This document shows, piece after piece, positions 61,911-64,000 of a DNA stretch of 64,000 nucleotides. Numbering within the stretch: position 1 is the stretch's first letter; each line of letters starts with the position of its first letter. Location of the stretch: contig JBHGNT010000004.1 in the NCBI GenBank assembly GCA_043228905.1, forward strand, positions 17,546,001 to 17,610,000, read 5' to 3'. This stretch comes from Azolla caroliniana (taxonomy: Eukaryota > Plantae > Polypodiophyta). Below the pieces are notes generated by a model, which was not told the DNA's origin, did not search any database, and worked only from the letters and a program-made list of their open reading frames with translations. A program made the position numbers and the translations under genes.

Positions 61911-62920
61911 GTGATTACATAAGGTAAATAATTAGGGCGATAATGTACATATTTGTAGTTTTTTTCTATTAGCTAATGAGATAAGGTTACTTTAATGAAG
62001 TGATAATATCTAGTAGATAATTAGATAAGTGATAACTTATAGTAATAGGTTAGGTAAACTTGTTTTAGCTATTAGGTCCTACGTTAATGTACACACCCTA
62101 GATCTAACACCTAATAGCTAGTTAAAACAAGCGACAATGTATAATAGGAATTAGCTAAAACTATTTTAATCATTATCTCATTAGTTATAGATGTAGCAAA
62201 CATGTACCCATCCTTGAGCTAACATCTAGTAGCTAGTTAGTTCACAATGTATAGCACAAAATTTTCTAAATTTATTTTAGTTCTTATTTCATTAGCTACT
62301 AGATGTAGCCAACATTTATTGATCCTACAACTCAAGTAGCTAATTAGCTAAGGGTACTCTAGCAATGTGATAACATATAATAGCTATTAGCTAAGTGACA
62401 ATGTATAGTAGTGAATTGGCTAAATCTATTTTAGTTATGATTTCGTTAACAAAAGTTTACATTTAGTAGTCATACATTGTGGCAAATAATATACTTAGGA
62501 AACAACTCTCCATGACAATGTGTCTATTGTGAATCAAACTCATGTTGCCAAGAGTAAGAGAAAGGCAATGACATACCCTTGTTCAAACCATACAAATCCA
62601 TGCATTTGGAAAATTTTCTTGCGGTGGATAATATCAGTACCACCAATAATGTTGCCCCAATGCATGATGTTGATATTAAATATAATGATAGTTTTTTTGA
62701 AAACCTAATAGAGAAAGCCATTTAGTAGTTATAGCTTTTGGATGATACAATTTCCTTGGGAATTTATCTTTTGCAATGATATCTTCCTCTACTAGAATTG
62801 TTGGAGAGGGAATACACTCTTGACCAATTGGTAGAGGAGACTATTGATATGTTGTCAAAGGAAGCAACCCTGAGAAAATGGGAAACAGTGGTGTTGACCT
62901 AAAGCTTCAGTGATGATCTT

Positions 62921-63233
62921 CTTGTCATCACTCAGATTGCCTAAAGATCTAGCAATGTGACATCCTTATCATGCTTATTCACTTTGTTGTTATCATGCAT
63001 GGTTAATATATTTTCCAAACTATGGACCATATCTCTTTTGACTTCTTCTTTTGGCATAATCTCGACCATAGTGCCTTGTCATCACCCAGATTGCATAAAG
63101 ATCTAGCAATGTGACATCTTTATCATGCTTATTCACTTCATTGTTATCATGCATGATTAATATATTTTCCAAACTATGGACCATATCTCATTTGACTTCT
63201 TCTTTTGGCATAATCTTGACCATAGTGCCTTGT
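62921..63233. repeat. 154-bp tandem duplication
   Basis: 62921-63074 is repeated at 63075-63228, with cttgt at the junctions. Confidence 0.9.
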
Positions 63234-64000
63234 GATCGTATTCCCTTAGATTTCACCTCTTCACATAGATGGGCAAGTAAAAGGTTTAGGAGCAAAGATT
63301 CGTAGATGGAATTCATCTCGTCATCGGAATTGCATCCATTATATCATAATCAACTTCATGGTATGAAGCTTTAGAGATGCTTGAGATTGCATCATCTAGA
63401 CTATCCCTAGTAGCTTACTTATTCTCAACCTTGAATTTGCTAAAGCTCGTGGCCAATAATGTACTTATGACTCTTGCACATGGTCATAATTCATATGTGA
63501 ACATGTCCAACTGCAACTACTCGAGTTCGCACCAATTATCCTAATGTATAACATGATTGCATTGAAAGTAAACCAATCAACAAAGCTTCAAAGAAGGCAT
63601 TTGTCTCATTTTCCAGGCCAAACTCGAGTTCCTCATCTATGTATCTAGGAACAAAGCCTCAATTATAGTACATTCTATCCGTTAATCCTGAAACCACATG
63701 TAGGTGTCTCATGGGCCTTCAATGCTAGTACTCATCCTCATCATTCTCACTATTGGGCATCAACACTTCTCAAATGGAGCATTGAATACGATGGAGAAGG
63801 TTTCCTTGTGTCAATCAATAAAAAAATTCAAAAATCGGTTTACATGTAGGTTTCTTATCATAATATTAGGAGCTAAGTAGGTGTCCAACACAAACATCCT
63901 CATACATTTGTTTTAGAATCTCCATGATCTCCTTTCGGTTGGTACTTGTTCAAAGAACTCCATATTTGCCTTTCTGCTAAAAATCTTCTCCAACTAATGG

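Noticed and set aside
62460-64000. Possible DNA-transposon coding remnant
   Set aside because: No diagnostic motif recognised

Overview
Repeat-rich land-plant nuclear DNA. It is probably a seed-free vascular plant such as a fern; this is inferred from a tau-class GST together with Tcn1-like chromovirus and RTEX-like elements. There are two intact host genes, both on the minus strand: a 9-exon At2g33490-like BAR-domain protein (8506-14137) and a 2-exon tau-class glutathione S-transferase (55220-56298). An ABCB transporter fragment lies at 5941-6425. Between the two genes is a ~30 kb nest of retroelements that can be resolved from LTRs, primer-binding sites (PBS), polypurine tracts (PPT) and target-site duplications (TSD). 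A Copia host (20625-~51183) contains an RTEX-like LINE, a tRNA-Trp-primed Gypsy carrying a self-priming Tcn1-like chromovirus, a solo LTR, and a second Copia carrying a chimeric Gypsy and another solo LTR. Non-autonomous hAT elements flank both genes. The most notable signal is about ten tRNA-like A-box/B-box modules, mostly at canonical spacing and some keeping anticodon and T stems. Most sit inside LTRs of unrelated Gypsy families. All calls come from reading the sequence; no database searches were run.
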